In this document: in pieces, positions 1-13,067 of the stretch
Layout: each line of letters starts with the position of its first letter
How positions within the stretch are numbered: the stretch's first letter is position 1
Source of the DNA: Phoronis australis
Taxonomy: Eukaryota > Animalia > Phoronida
DNA length: 64,000 bases
Direction: 5' to 3'
Assembly: GCA_002633005.1 (NCBI GenBank)
Contig: NMRA01000937.1
Coordinates: 29,582 to 93,581, forward strand
Notes under the pieces: generated by a model
Database searches by the model: none
Told to the model about the DNA's origin: nothing
What the model saw: the letters and a program-made list of their open reading frames with translations, nothing else
Position numbers and translations under genes: made by a program

Positions 1-2586
1 TATCATGTTAAATGAAATGTTCTGTGTTAGCACAGTGTATCTCATTTACATGTTCCAATCTTTGACTTCCTGGGCATTCAGTTAATGTGTTCTACAGGCT
101 TGCAAGCTTCTCGTTGCAGTGGTGGCCTGTCAGTGTCTGATCTGGTCACTGTCAGTGTTATAAACAAGCACTTGAGTTGACCAAGTATAAGTTGCTAACA
201 CTCTTCTATATTCTGTGTGGTGAGGTGTGTTAGCTGTATTATAATTGTTGCCCTCTCATCCTTGTACAAGGCTGAACTGAAACTAATTTCCTTTAACGTT
301 GATGTCAGTTGCTGTGACCTTTTTCTGACTGAATTTCTTGGATGAACATGCTTGCCTTAACTAGTTGTGGTGCTACTAGTTTGGGTTTATCTTTGTATTC
401 TCAGATGCCATTAGCGTATTGAAATTCATAGAAATTTGAGTGTTACCTTAAGATCTATAAACTGAATGAAATATTTCACACTCTATTGGCATTGTTCCTG
501 TGTTGAGGCAGGTACCTTGTTGAACATCCAATCTCATCTTACACCTGACGCACAATTAGCTGAACATCACCCTACAGGGGCGCCATCTGTGTCATGGTGG
601 AAATGATAAGCATCATGAATGCACATATGAGCGAATGATTACTTCTCGGTAAAATGTCACCGATTTAGTCCTACAATATTGCCAGATTTGACTATTTTCG
701 GAACATTATATCTCAGAAATGGATGGTTGGATTCTTATGAAAACTTTCAGATAATGTGGTTTATTCAGTTTTCCAAATTACTGTTGGGAATTGTTTTTAA
801 GGCGTTCACTTTTGCAAAAAGGGCTGTTGAAAATTAAGACTCGTGATTTTTATAGAAAACTGTTATAGCATTTTTGAATATTTATTTTAAATGGAATTTN
901 CATCCCCTTGTGTGGCAAATGATGCTTTCTTTGCATACCGGGTATATATTTTCTGTGACACCGCCATGTTTGTTGGAAACTTTGGAATGGCATGAATATG
1001 TGATCTCAAAACTTCATCAAAGGCATTTTTTGAAAATTAAACTTGTGGTACAAAATGACTGAGTATGATGTTGGAAAGTGCTATTTCCAGTTACGTGACT
1101 GTGACACTGAGAAAGCAGCATGGGATGTCACCGATGCAATGGCAAGCATGACTTAATGGTTTTGAAAACAACAGAAAGAAGGTTATTCCAAACAATGCTT
1201 GAGAAATGACGCCAATGTCCAAGTAAAAATACAATTTTTTTCTAACTCCACATAGATAGAGTGCCTAATTGCTCTGAAAATTCGCTCACCTCCTGGGCGA
1301 CCAGGCAGTTAATCCACTTGCGTTGTGCCTTTGGTGACTGGGTGAGTTGTTAAGTATATTAATATGCAACTTGTATAATCTTCTCTTTCACAACTCAGGT
1401 GTAACTTGTAACCTTGGGAATGCTCATTCTGCCTTCTTACATTCTGGTGTTGCACTGTTTCTGTGTCATGTGTAAACAGCCGCTTGACACCGAAGATCAG
1501 TTTAAGCCGTGTCACAGTTAATATCTAAACAGGGCTTGAGCCAAATATCTGCGAAACAACGGAATTCTGCTCAGTTATTCTGTAGTGCATATTTTTTTAA
1601 GTCGAAGTCGTAGTTCTAGTTAATTTACGACTGTGCCAAAAAGTTTTTGCGAGTGCGTAGCTGCTATTTTGTTTCTCAGATAATTGTTATCATGTTAAAT
1701 GAAATGTTCTGTGTTTGCACAGTGTATCTCATTTACATGTTCCAATCTTTGACTTCCTGGGCATTCGGCTAATGTGTTCTACAGGCTTGCAAGCTTCTTG
1801 TTGCAGTGGTGGCCTGTCAGTGTCTGATCTGGTCACTGTCAGTGTTGTAAACAAGCACTTGAGTTGACCAAGTATAAGTTGCTAACGCTCTTCTATATTC
1901 TGTGTGGTGAGGTGTGTTAGCTATATTGTAATTGTTGCCCTCTCATCCTTGTACAAGGCTGAACTGAAACTAATTTCCTTTAACCTTGATGTCAGTTGCT
2001 GTGACCTTTTTCTGACTGAATTTCTTGTATGAACATGCTTGCCTTAACTAGTTGTGGTGCTACTAGTTTGGGTTTATCTTTGTATTCTCAGATGCCATTA
2101 GCGTATTGAAATTCATAGAAATTTGAGTGTTACCTTAAGATCTATAAACTGAATGAAATATTTCACACTCTATTGGCATTGTTCCTGTGTTGAGGCAGGT
2201 ACCTTGTTGAACATCCAATCTCATCTTACACCTGACGCACAATTAGCTGAACATCACCCTACAGGGGCGCCATCTGTGTCATGGTGGAAATGATAAGCAT
2301 CATGAATGCACATATGAGCGAATGATTACTTCTCGGTAAAATGTCACCGATTTAGTCCTACAATATTGCCAGATTTGACTATTTTCGGAACATTATATCT
2401 CAGAAATGGATGGTTGGATTCTTATGAAAACTTTCAGATAATGTGGTTTATTCAGTTTTCCAAATTACTGTTGGGAATTGTTTTTAAGGCGTTCACTTTT
2501 GCAAAAAGGGCTGTTGAAAATTAAGACTCGTGATTTTTATAGAAAACTGTTATAGCATTTTTGAATATTTATTTTAAATGGAATTT
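1..2586. repeat. ~0.9-kb near-identical direct duplication (1-899 vs 1688-2586) ending at the N at 900
   Basis: Both copies start tatcatgttaaatgaaatg and end tttaaatggaattt, with only scattered SNPs. Likely an uncollapsed haplotype or contig overlap. Confidence 0.9.
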
Positions 2587-5020
2587 GGGCACTAAGTTGT
2601 TGTTACCATTGGTTTGCTACGAGTATACCTGTCTTTTTACTATATTTATGAAACGGAGATGAAATAATGGTCACTTACAGAGGAGTCCTGCATTATGAGA
2701 ATTTGTTTTCTCTATTGAATGACGGGCTTCATACTGGTTCTCAATATGTGATACCCTATAAATGACTAAAGCCAGATATAATCACGTGACTCAATTGGTG
2801 ACAGATTGGTGTGAAGTCAAAAATATAATTGTACAGGCTGTGTATTTTAAGAGAATATTTTGTACTTTTATTGAGTTAAAATCAACAATTGGTTCTAAAT
2901 AGTTGGCTGAATGCATGGTCTCGTTAATATGGTCCTACTTGGCGTAAATTTTTATGACCTAGCTATCAGCAGACAATGTTTTGATAAGCTGCATACATTC
3001 TCAACATCGTTAGAAGTGAAAAAATGTTCATAACTGGAGCCCTTGCATTTGTATTGAAATTATGATATAATTAACTATTGTTGGCCTAGTTTTACTTTCA
3101 AGACCAACTTAGCCAACTTAGTCTCTTAGTCTCTTCATCTGGGGGGGCATGGTCTCCATGTCACATGGTCCCCTGTGGGCAGTTTCTGGTGATTGTCTAA
3201 CTCCATCTGGTGGCTGTCACATGAAACGAGGGATTGGCAAATGGAGGGTAACACGTAACCTCCTAGTGTCCTGAAGAATAGCCAAAGATGGGATCGAAAG
3301 CTAGACTCTCTTATAAAACTAGGCCGCCATTAGGTTATAATAATCATTATTTCATCGATAGAAGCCTTTGAAAAATGAAAAAAGATCAAATTTGGTATTG
3401 TCTCAAATTGTTTGAGATTTTACTAGACAGTTTCTGTGCACTCATACAAATGTGCTGCCTTGGTGAACTGAGTTTACTGGGCCTGTACTACCTATAACTT
3501 ACGCCCTATCTTCTTGTTTTACTAAATATTTGTGCCAGGGCAACTTGCTGTCTTGGCACAACTCCACATTCTAATTTCTCAGCTGCACTCCACCTAATAA
3601 ACAGAGGACAATCAGCTAAGGAAGAGTATTATGTTTCCCCAGACACAGTTTAGAATTTATACCAGTCTGGAAAAAGTGATCTAGGCCTCTCAAAGGAAAA
3701 GTACTCCTGACGCATTCGGTTCTTAGTTGTAAATGCAAATGCAATTTTAAACCCTAACCCTATTTTACACTGGAAATTTGGTTTGTGAAATTAACAGTTT
3801 GATAAACGGTTGGACGTGGATAATTTTAAATCTACCATTTACCTGGTTCTGAACAAGCTCTGCTTTAGAATAATCGGTTTGTTGATTTTATTTTTTCATT
3901 ACTATACAAGTAGAGAAATGACTCTTTAATTTGATGGAGAGTTGCTGGACATCTGTGAGTCCTTCCCATGTCCAATGTAGCCTCCAGTCAGACTAGAAAC
4001 TAAACATTGTGACTTGGCATGCTCGACCATTCATTTAATGGCTTTTAATGGGCATCTGCACCTATCAGTGAAAGACATTGAAGGATCTGTGTGAGCCCAG
4101 CCAGTTACTTGGACTGGCTCTTTTAAAACGATCAGTCCACCCAGAGAGTTGTTTTGGACTCTCAATAACACATGTATACTGTTTTATTGTTAATCATAAC
4201 TGATGGTTCAAGCTGATTTTGAAGTTTTTCTTGAAACAAACAGTCATATCTCATTCTGGATTATTTTTCACCAAAGTATGTAGTTTTATTATTTACTGGG
4301 AACTGGATGTTTGCTTAAAAATTTCTTCTTGTGTGAAGTCGGTTGACATGGTAAAGTTTTAGGTTAGCACAAGTGGCTGAAACAGTAGTAGTTTTTTAGC
4401 CAGACAGACGTGCTGTGTGTTCAAGGATAAGTTTTCATCAGCTGTTAGTTTCTTTACTCATTATCCGAATCGAATTAATTTTAAAGCAAAAGTTGATGTT
4501 AAAGCACATTCCCTCTTTTCAGTTAACGCAATGATAGACAATGACTCCTACCCCATGCATGCGTATATGCGTCCTTTGAAGTAAGCGATCTGGTTACAAG
4601 TAAAAGTGGTCATCAAAAACCCTAGCAGTTTTGTGGCAACTCAAACCTCCAGCAAAGTGCCAGCGAAAGTGTCTCTTGCAACTGTGCACATTACTGGCAT
4701 TTTGCTATTAGCGAAAGTGGAAGTGAATGGAATATCGATCTGTACTAATATCTCATGTGACACCAGAATGTCCTCGAACAACAACAGACTTTCACGAAAT
4801 ACTACGGTACATAAATTGTGGTCTGGCACAACTTTCACACTGAGCTAGAACTAAACTGCATTTATGTCAACAAAAGTTCTTAATTTGAATGTATATAAGC
4901 AAGTCTGGACTTCATTACATATTATCATTCTATATTTTAAGAAGCATGAAGCTGACCTGTGAGAAGTAAAAAGCTTCCTGGTTATCCATTTAGTGTTTCT
5001 TTTGCCTTTGCAGAGCCACC

Positions 5021-8000
5021 ATGTTCTGGACAGTCCTTGTGACTGTGTGCATGTTGACTGGCTTACGGCCAACTTTAGGATGCAATGAGGCAATATGTGC
5101 CAGCCAAGTTAGCAAGTGTTTGCTGCTGGAGTCTTGTTCTTGCAACATGGATGATAAGAAGAACTGTACATGCTGTAAAGATTGTCACCAGTGTTTGGCT
5201 GAGCTCTATCTTGAGTGTTGTTCATGTGTTGGTAAGTACGTGTGGTGTGTGTTCATGTGTTGGTAAGCACAAGTGTAAGGACTGTTATCCAATAGCGGAG
5301 TTGCAACGGAATCGATTTAACGATTGCGCATGTCCGGAAATTAGGGTGCGCAAAGGCTACTGGGATTGTTGATGGTAAACGGGATGACCGACTGGTTTGC
5401 ACGACGTGTAATTTGTGTGCATTAAACTACGCTGCTGTATGTAATTCTGCCGCTATTCGCCCTAATTAGCGCCCATGGCTCAACAAGTGCCCCAATGCTT
5501 TTTCAGACTTTGCTAAAGTAAGCGCACAGCCCATGAACTACATGCGAAAAATGCCCTTACCTACAGTTCTAACATCTTCAATTTATCAATTGAAAGATCC
5601 GACAGCCTGAATTTGTAACGGACCACGAGCCTCACCGTTATGTCCGTATACACTTCAAACTTACGTCGCGATTCAAAAAGAACGCAGAAGTTTTGCTGCT
5701 CTTGCGAGGGATGTGCCCCACTACGCGGGTCTGGACTTTGAAAAGAGACACAGCATACTTGTCAAAGAGCGGGATTGCATTGTTTCTTTCCAGTACAGAT
5801 CTTCTCCGGCCTCAAACTTCTTTGTGCATGTGAAAACCGTGAATCGAAGACTAATAAAAAAAACTCGACCAGTGTTAGCATGCGACCAAGAAGCACGCGC
5901 TGCATAATGTACCGACTGTCATCGAAGATTAATCGGGTAACATAGCATCGGCAAATAAATATTGGCACTAATTTCCGAAAGTTTCCAATACCGTAAAAAG
6001 CTTCTGCAATATTTTTAAGAGAAATTATTTAACTAATCATAATTGGTGTTTTTAAGGTCAAAATGACCCACTTCGCACCCTTACACCCCAAATCTTCCGG
6101 GAAGTAGCTGTTACACTACGGTCACGCATCCACTCACCCGGCGACTCAATGAGTGACATGTCGGTCTTACCGAAAAAATTCTCGAACGTTTTTAGCAGAT
6201 GAGGCCAGCAAGTGCTAAGCCGTAAATATTAAAACACGCTCTGCTTGACTGCTTGACTTATTTTTTTTTTGGATACAATGCACAGCTAGATCATTACATT
6301 ACTCTGGCAAATGAACTCTGATGACAAGCACACGCACGCTTACTCTCACACACACGCATACAAACTTCAAAACAAACGTCACGTGACAACAACTTGTGTT
6401 CCCACAGAGATTTTTCTCGGGTTGCGTGCTACAATCTAGCGTAGATTTGGACTTAATCTGCAGTTAATCCAGACTTCACAAGAACTTAAAAATCTTAGAG
6501 ACGCTATTTGGAAAACTTGAGGAGGATTTCAGGTAATTTGTTGAGNAAACACATGCGGAGTGTGTTCATGTGTTGGTAAGCACAAGTGTAAGGACTGTTA
6601 TCCATGTCTGACTGAGCTCTGTCTGGAGTGTGTTCATGTGTTGGTAATTACATGTGGAGTGTGTTCTTGTGTTGGTAAGCACAAGTGTAAGGACTGTTAT
6701 CCATGTCTGACTGAGCTCTGTCTGGTGTGTGTTCATGTGTTGGTAAATACATGTGGAGTGTGTTCATGTGTTGGTAAACTCATGCGTAAGGACTGTTATC
6801 AATGTCTGAGCTCTGTCTGGAGTGTGTTCATGTGTTGGTAAATACATGTGGAGTGTGTTCATGTGTTGGTAAACTCATGTGTAAGGACTGTTATCAATGT
6901 CTGACTGAGCTCTGTCTGGTGTGTGTTCATGTGTTGGTTGGATAAAAATATAGGGATATATTATTCAATATCATTCTGTAACCAAGCCTGTCACAACTGC
7001 CTGTGAGACTTCCTCTCTCAGTGTTGTGAATGTGGAATGTTGTTATTGTAGGATATGTGTTTACCAGGACTTGCACAATTTTGTACTACCTACAGGTTTC
7101 ATTAGATGGGAGATTTCAAAGGCCTCCAGGCCATCTCGCTTGCTTTATTGTTATTTTGAAGGCTATCTCAGACATGTGTACCTTGGACATTGTAGTTGGG
7201 CCCCTCGGTCATTTCGCTGATCAGCCTCTTGGTTGCAATGTGATCATTTTTATGTGCCCACATATTTATTGCCGAAATCTCTGTCTGGGCGTCCAGCGTC
7301 CACAGCTGTATCTCCTAAACCCCTTTCAGGACCTTGATGAGATTTTGCAGACTTGTTCCTATGAAGATGACAACGGATGACGGCAAATTTCCGCCTGGTC
7401 TGATGACGGGTGGTGATTTTCTGACGACTTCGACTACTGTGACGCCTCCCAGAGGCGTTATTTTTCCGCCAATCGCTGTATGTGCTAAAGCCACTGCAGG
7501 ATCTTTATTAAATTTAGCGAGTGTATTTATATGAAGTTGACAACAGAGGACGATGACTTTCAGACTGATCCGAGGATTGCTGTGTTCCCTAGTGGCAATT
7601 TCATTGTTTCCATTTTTTTCCTCTGTTTCTCTGAAGTCCCTTGACGGATTTTTATGAAAGTTTGGTTATAGCTTTCTATTAAGGAAACGATGATCTTGTT
7701 TCGGATGGATTCCACGTATTTTGCACCATCTAGTGGCCACTTCTATAATATAAATAAACACCTCTAAAAGCACACCATTTGCATTGCATTCGTGGGTGCA
7801 TTTCAACGCTCCACGTTGCTCTTGTATACTGTATTGGGTGTTGCCTTCATTTTCTGAATTTGGAAAGACAATTGATTAATGATGAACATCACAAAGAAAT
7901 AGGCTTCATTTTTTGGGTTAACTTTTTGAATTCCATACCTCTTCAATTATATCTTTTGTTTTAAGTAATTAGTGTTCAAGTATCGTAATTACTGATTGAT

Positions 8001-11000
8001 TAATTACATCAGTGATTATTGATGTAATTGCTAATGAGTCTAATTAGTGTTAATTAGGAAAACAATTGTTTGAGTCCTGACCATTCCGTCATGTTTTCGA
8101 TCAAACTTTAATTAACCACACTAATTCTTTTTCAAGGTAATAGTTTTGTTCGCTTTGGAAACGAACAAAGCCTTTTCTACGTGGACAATCACAGCTAATC
8201 AATTCTAATTTGTTACTACAACAATAAGTTCATACCTACTTCATACGAGCTATTGTATTACTTGAGATCATTAGCCAGCTGATGTTTTGTTAAGTTGCCC
8301 CATTAGCGCTAATTAAGTTTGGTGGCTAATCAATGTTGTGTCAATGGTTTGTTTATTGTTTGATTATTGACTTGAAGGCTGCAAACATGTATAAATTGGA
8401 GTTATTACCCTTAGGTTGTTGTTGTTGTTGAACCAGAGGGCTGGATGGTGAGTCTAATGTTTGCCAAGTGAGCAGGTGTAGTTTATGTTGTTCTTTGGTG
8501 TGATTTGTGGTCCTTGTTCCACATTTAATGAATGCCTAGTGTTCCATTGTTGATGGCTAGCGATTAGAGATGCAGCATTTTGTACTTGTCATTTGAACGC
8601 GTAGATCCAGTTTGAGACCAGTTGCAGCACTTATCATCTGTGGTATTTAATAATTCTGTTCTGTGTCATGAGTGATGTTAAAGTACCCTCAAAATTTTAC
8701 CAAAGTTTACTGCAGACGAGCCTGTCGGTTCCGCAAATGCACCCAGAATGCATATCCAAGGAAAATTTTCCAGGGTTTGTGTGGGTTAAAAACTTTGCAT
8801 CGGTGAAAATTACTAATTTTATGAAAAAGGGACTGCAAAGCCTTAAAATTTTCAGTCGCAAATAATCTGCTATTAAACAAAAGGTTCATGCAAGGGTACA
8901 TTATTGAACAAATTGTCTGTTAAAGTGACTTCTACTGTATTGGCTCTCCTGATACTCATATGAGATTGGCTCTGCCAAATATACTCCTGGTCATATATTT
9001 GTATTTAACTTTTGGTCTGAAAAATATGTTCTATGTGAATGTATGCCTTGGGTTTGCCTGCCAAAAACTCCGGTTAAACTGTGTATGGGAAACAATTGTT
9101 TGAAACTGTGTTTTATTCGTAGTTTGATTAAATCTTTATCGAGTTGTGTTGTGACACCGTTTGAAAGATGGAAGCTCGCAGGTCACCAGTTTGACCGTCA
9201 GGTTTGACCAGTTTGACCATCACATCATGGCTTCACTTGTTGTGGAGTGCTGGTCAGTAACAAGCAACATATAACAAAATCCCTACCTAGGGCTATTTGT
9301 ACTTTCTTTCTGTTACACACATTCACTCAACTACACAACACAATAGAGTGTTATCCTAGGTTGATACCACTATCCTTAGATTGGAATAAAGCTTTGATGT
9401 TCAGTATGTATAGTGGTGGCCTGTCAAACCCTAATTGTCAGAAGACAAGTTCTGAATAGAGGAAGGGTTTGATTGCTGTAATAACTCTGATTGGAAGCAT
9501 TCTTTTGGTTTTTCAATGAATCTTGCTGTTAGTCTGTGGCAAGATAGTTTCAACAGTAATCTCAAAACTGAGGCAGACTGAGTAATTATTGAAGTTTTTT
9601 GACGTAACAAGAAAAGAATCGGAAATGGAATGGTATTCTTGCTATAGAATTTGTATTTGAGATGATTTCTGTTGACAAGGCTCAGAGCATGTGATACCCT
9701 GCCATGGTGCACGTTGGAGATACAAGATGACATGTTTACCATATCTTCCCGAGTACTTTGCGGCCACATTGTATCTTCCCTTTGCTGAACCTGTCATCAC
9801 TGATAGAACACAGAGTTGCACTTGCTTTTCCGCAAGTGAATTTGCGACCAGGGACCAGTCATAGCAATTGTTATGTGCTGATGTGACTGAGTATAAATTG
9901 TAGTTTGTAAAATAATTTCATTGCAGTCTGTTACAACTTCACTCACTCCACTTCATTGTTAAGTAAAAATCTTTGATAAACGTAAGGTTACTAAACATGT
10001 TATTATGTCTCGACAATATTCATATTTCAGTTGGGACTTGTTTATTTTCATCACCATTATCTGCCTTGATTTGTGTTGTTGAATCAGTATTTGACAGACT
10101 TTTAGTGTAGAAATAAAATACAGTATTGTTGTTATGTTCAATGTTTCTGTAATTTCATTCATGTCCTTTCAAGATGAAAAAATAGTTTTTTTTGAGAGAT
10201 TCATGGTTTTACACTACATTTCCCTGTGTTGATGTGCTGCAATACTGAACCTAATAGTATAATAGGGTGGTGATTCACAAGTTTCAGTGTCAAGCTGGCT
10301 CTTTTAAATTGATGACTTAAGTGGAAGGTTGTGTATGTAGTGAATACTGATGAATATAAATCTTCTGGTCATAACATGTATTTATTTGAATTTACTGCTG
10401 ATCACATCTAGGATCTGGTTCATGAAATTGACTTAAGACAGAAATTTGGTCTTCACAGTTGCTGAAATAAGGTTTAGCCGGGTAATTATAAGAGCAACAG
10501 GATTTAAAATAATACATAGAAGTTATGTCAGTAACTATCAGTTATGTGTATATTCTCACACTTTTGCTCAAGTGAGATTTCATTATTTTATGGAAATAGT
10601 TGTGTGGAGCATAAGATCCAAGTCTTGAGTCATTTTTCTGGAAACAGACCCTTGCATTTGATTGTTTTTGATACTATATTCTCCCTGCAGGTTTGTGTCC
10701 GGCGCCAAAAGACCAGGAAAATCTCTTGAAGACTAGTTCTATTGAAGACCTCGTCTACGACATCCCTGATCTGTTTGACAGTCTCACAGATGGTGAGCTG
10801 GGTCCCTGGAGGGTCATGCGCTATCCAGCTCACGAGAATCTGCTGTATTATAAGCCAGAAGATGACATCTCTACAATAGATGGTAAGTTCCGTCATTTTT
10901 AACTTTAGATTTGTCATTGCCATCACGATTTTAATTCCTGAGGTGGTGGTGTATTTTCATCATGTCTAAAATCTCTTGACCATTTACATCAAACTCTAGC

Positions 11001-12103
11001 CTGTTTACACTTATACTTTACATTGGCACAGCATTTCGCTTGATCATTTCTCCAGCCGCCTTCAGGTGTCCTAGTGTTCTAAGACGAAGGAGAGCGCTCT
11101 CGCTTTTCGAAGAACAGTAACTCCTAAAGATGGCCCGAGAAATAAACATTATGCCCTTGTAAATAGGCTTGAGGTTGGTGTAAAAAGTGAGATTTTAGGC
11201 ATGATGTTAGCAGGATTTTGCTTATATTTTCATTGGTCACTGTTGTGCTGTTATAAAATAATCCATGTTTGGAGAATGGATGTTAATATAATCCTTAACA
11301 AGAAGACATTTACCATACTTGTCTGGGTTGTGTGCTGTCCTGGTCACCTGGATAAGGAAACTCAATGAGGGCGTGAGAGTGAAGTCTAGCAATGGTAGGT
11401 CGAAGAGGCCCATTTACACATGGTCAATTTGCTTGTGTAAATGCCTTCACCATTTTTGCTCACAATCATTATAATATGAGCCAAAACAACTCGTTAAGCC
11501 TCCTCCATTAAAGAGTAGGTATTTTACCGCCCGAGTAGGTCCAGGTGGCGCTGAAACTGACAGTTCATTACTCAACGTTGCTTACACTTTGGAAATCAAA
11601 ATTCTCATGAGGCATGATGTGCAAGCTTGCTCTTGGAGATATAAAAATTTGCAATAAAACAGTCGTATTCCGTTGGGAAATAGTCAGATTCTGGCAGGAA
11701 ATACACTAAGAAACTGTCCTTCCTCAGCCGACGTTAACCCTGCTCATTCTCACTAACAACATGAACCTATTGCTAGTTAATCTTGCGTAATAAAGATACT
11801 TTGTCCTGTATTCCAGACAAGTCCACAACGAGATTCAGTCCAGCTATTTATAAGAACTGCACCGTGGCATTCATGAGTGGATGCATGTCACTCAGTAAGT
11901 GTAAATCATCGTGTAAGTCAATGGGAGCAAGCCGGTTCCGCTGGTTTCACGAGCATGGCTGTTGCGAGTGCGTTGGAAGTACATGCCTTGACTATGGCAA
12001 GAGCACAGCCATGTGTGAGAAATGTCCCGACAATGAAGACGACAACTTTACGGAAGGGCTAGAGGCTGAGGGCGGGGCAGAAAATAGTGAGGATGAACTC
12101 TAG
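5021..12103 (+). CDS. tsg: Twisted gastrulation homologue (secreted BMP modulator), 3 coding exons: 5021-5231, 10691-10882, 11817-12103 (~229 aa)
   Basis: Signal peptide, then CNEAICASQVSKCLLLESCSC...CTCCKDCHQCL...CCSCVGLC (Tsg N-terminal Cys-rich domain) and NCTVAFMSGCMSLSKCKSSCKSMGASRFRWFHEHGCCECVGSTCLDYG (Tsg C-terminal domain). GT-AG introns with matching phase 1/1. Kozak gccaccATG, with an acceptor (ttgcag) just upstream at 5013 implying a non-coding upstream exon. Confidence 0.95.
5174..6940 (+). repeat. Tandem repeat derived from the tsg exon-1/intron-1 junction (alternating 68- and 31-bp units), interrupted by an insertion at ~5292-6545
   Basis: TGTTCATGTGTTG|GT.. recurs with donor copies at 5232 (real), 5263, 6576, 6644, 6675, 6743, 6774, 6838, 6869 and 6937. 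Confidence 0.9.
5292..6545. mobile_element. Probable transposon-derived insertion splitting the tsg junction repeat
   Basis: The repeat unit breaks off at ...gactgttatcca and resumes after the N at 6546. The inserted DNA is richer in CpG than its flanks. No coding similarity recognised. Confidence 0.45.
7245..7825 (+). mobile_element. Non-autonomous interspersed element (Helentron/HINE-like); a related fragment lies in reverse at ~31550-31690
   Basis: Starts TTTTTATG..., with a GTCT/GCGTCC short-repeat core followed by tatctcctaaac... and ends ...gttgctcttgt. A reverse-complement counterpart (ttttaggagatatgg...ggacagacgccggac...ggacggacg) is at ~31590-31665. Family assignment is inference. 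Confidence 0.4.
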
Positions 12104-12321
12104 ATTATTACGTATGTCGGTGGTGCATTTGGTTTACCATATCATGGGCAGCATTTGATAAGGTTTGGTGGAGATCACTGTTGGCTAAAATAATGACTGT
12201 AGAAATATGGTGGTCACCATTTTACCTTACCCTGAATGGTAAGAATTTCGCAAACTGTTCTCAGACTGTTGTCAAGACAAACATTACAAAACACAGTTCT
12301 ATATAATGCATCTGTATATTA

Positions 12322-13067
12322 CCGTAACCATTTGAGTTAACATCCCGAGTGCTTAAATTGGCTAGCCCGGAAATTAGGGGGTGGGCGCTTAACCCAGAGA
12401 TTGGCGGTTAAGTCAGAAATTTCAAGAAATTGAGGGTGGAAACTAGCCAGTCATGGCCGTTTAACCTGAGTGTAGCAGTATGTATTTTGAGAAAGTAGAA
12501 ATTACACCTTGAAAAACACCTTTTAAAATTCTGGGGCTGACTTGCCATACGATTGTTATCAAAGTCGCTGATGATGTTTGCTGTTAAAATTGCGCAACTC
12601 AAATTTTTGAAAAAACATTCCACCAAAAAACTTTGAATGACATATGGTGCATGGAAACGGATGTAGTGCAAATTTTGTGACATATGTTGTCATCATATCG
12701 AATAATTAGAGTTACATGAGGTAAAGAGCTATTAGAGTGACTTGAGTCTCCATATGTGTCACTTTAAATAACGCAGCCATTTTTTATGCTCTTCAGAAGA
12801 CGCTTAGGGAATACGATGTCCCGAGCGACGACCGAAAACTACACTGCGACTTGAAATTGATCGTGTTTCCACTTTTGAAAGAATGTCTTATGGTTTCAAA
12901 AATCAATTCGATGAAGTAAATTCTGGATGGCACCAGCCCTAGCTTTGCAAAAATTCTCAACACTTAAGGGTGGGCGCTAGCCAACCAGTAGGCACTTAAT
13001 CCGAAAATTTTCAGATCTGGGGGGGTGAGCACTTACGTGAGCATAGCATCCACTCAAATGTTTACAG
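12322..13067. mobile_element. MITE with TA target duplication (Tc1/mariner-pogo type) downstream of the tsg stop codon
   Basis: ta|CCGTAACCATTTGAGT ... ACTCAAATGTTTACAG|ta terminal inverted repeats. Internal subterminal repeats GGGTGGGCGCT at ~12380 and ~12970. Confidence 0.65.

Noticed and set aside
1-2586. Duplications at 1-2586 and 56817-57157 as biological tandem duplications
   Set aside because: Each has a breakpoint exactly at a single N, typical of scaffolded overlapping contig ends.
6560-6841. Cys-rich, metallothionein-like ORF
   Set aside because: Explained by the tandem copies of the tsg exon-1 end. It starts at GTG next to a gap and has no independent gene structure.
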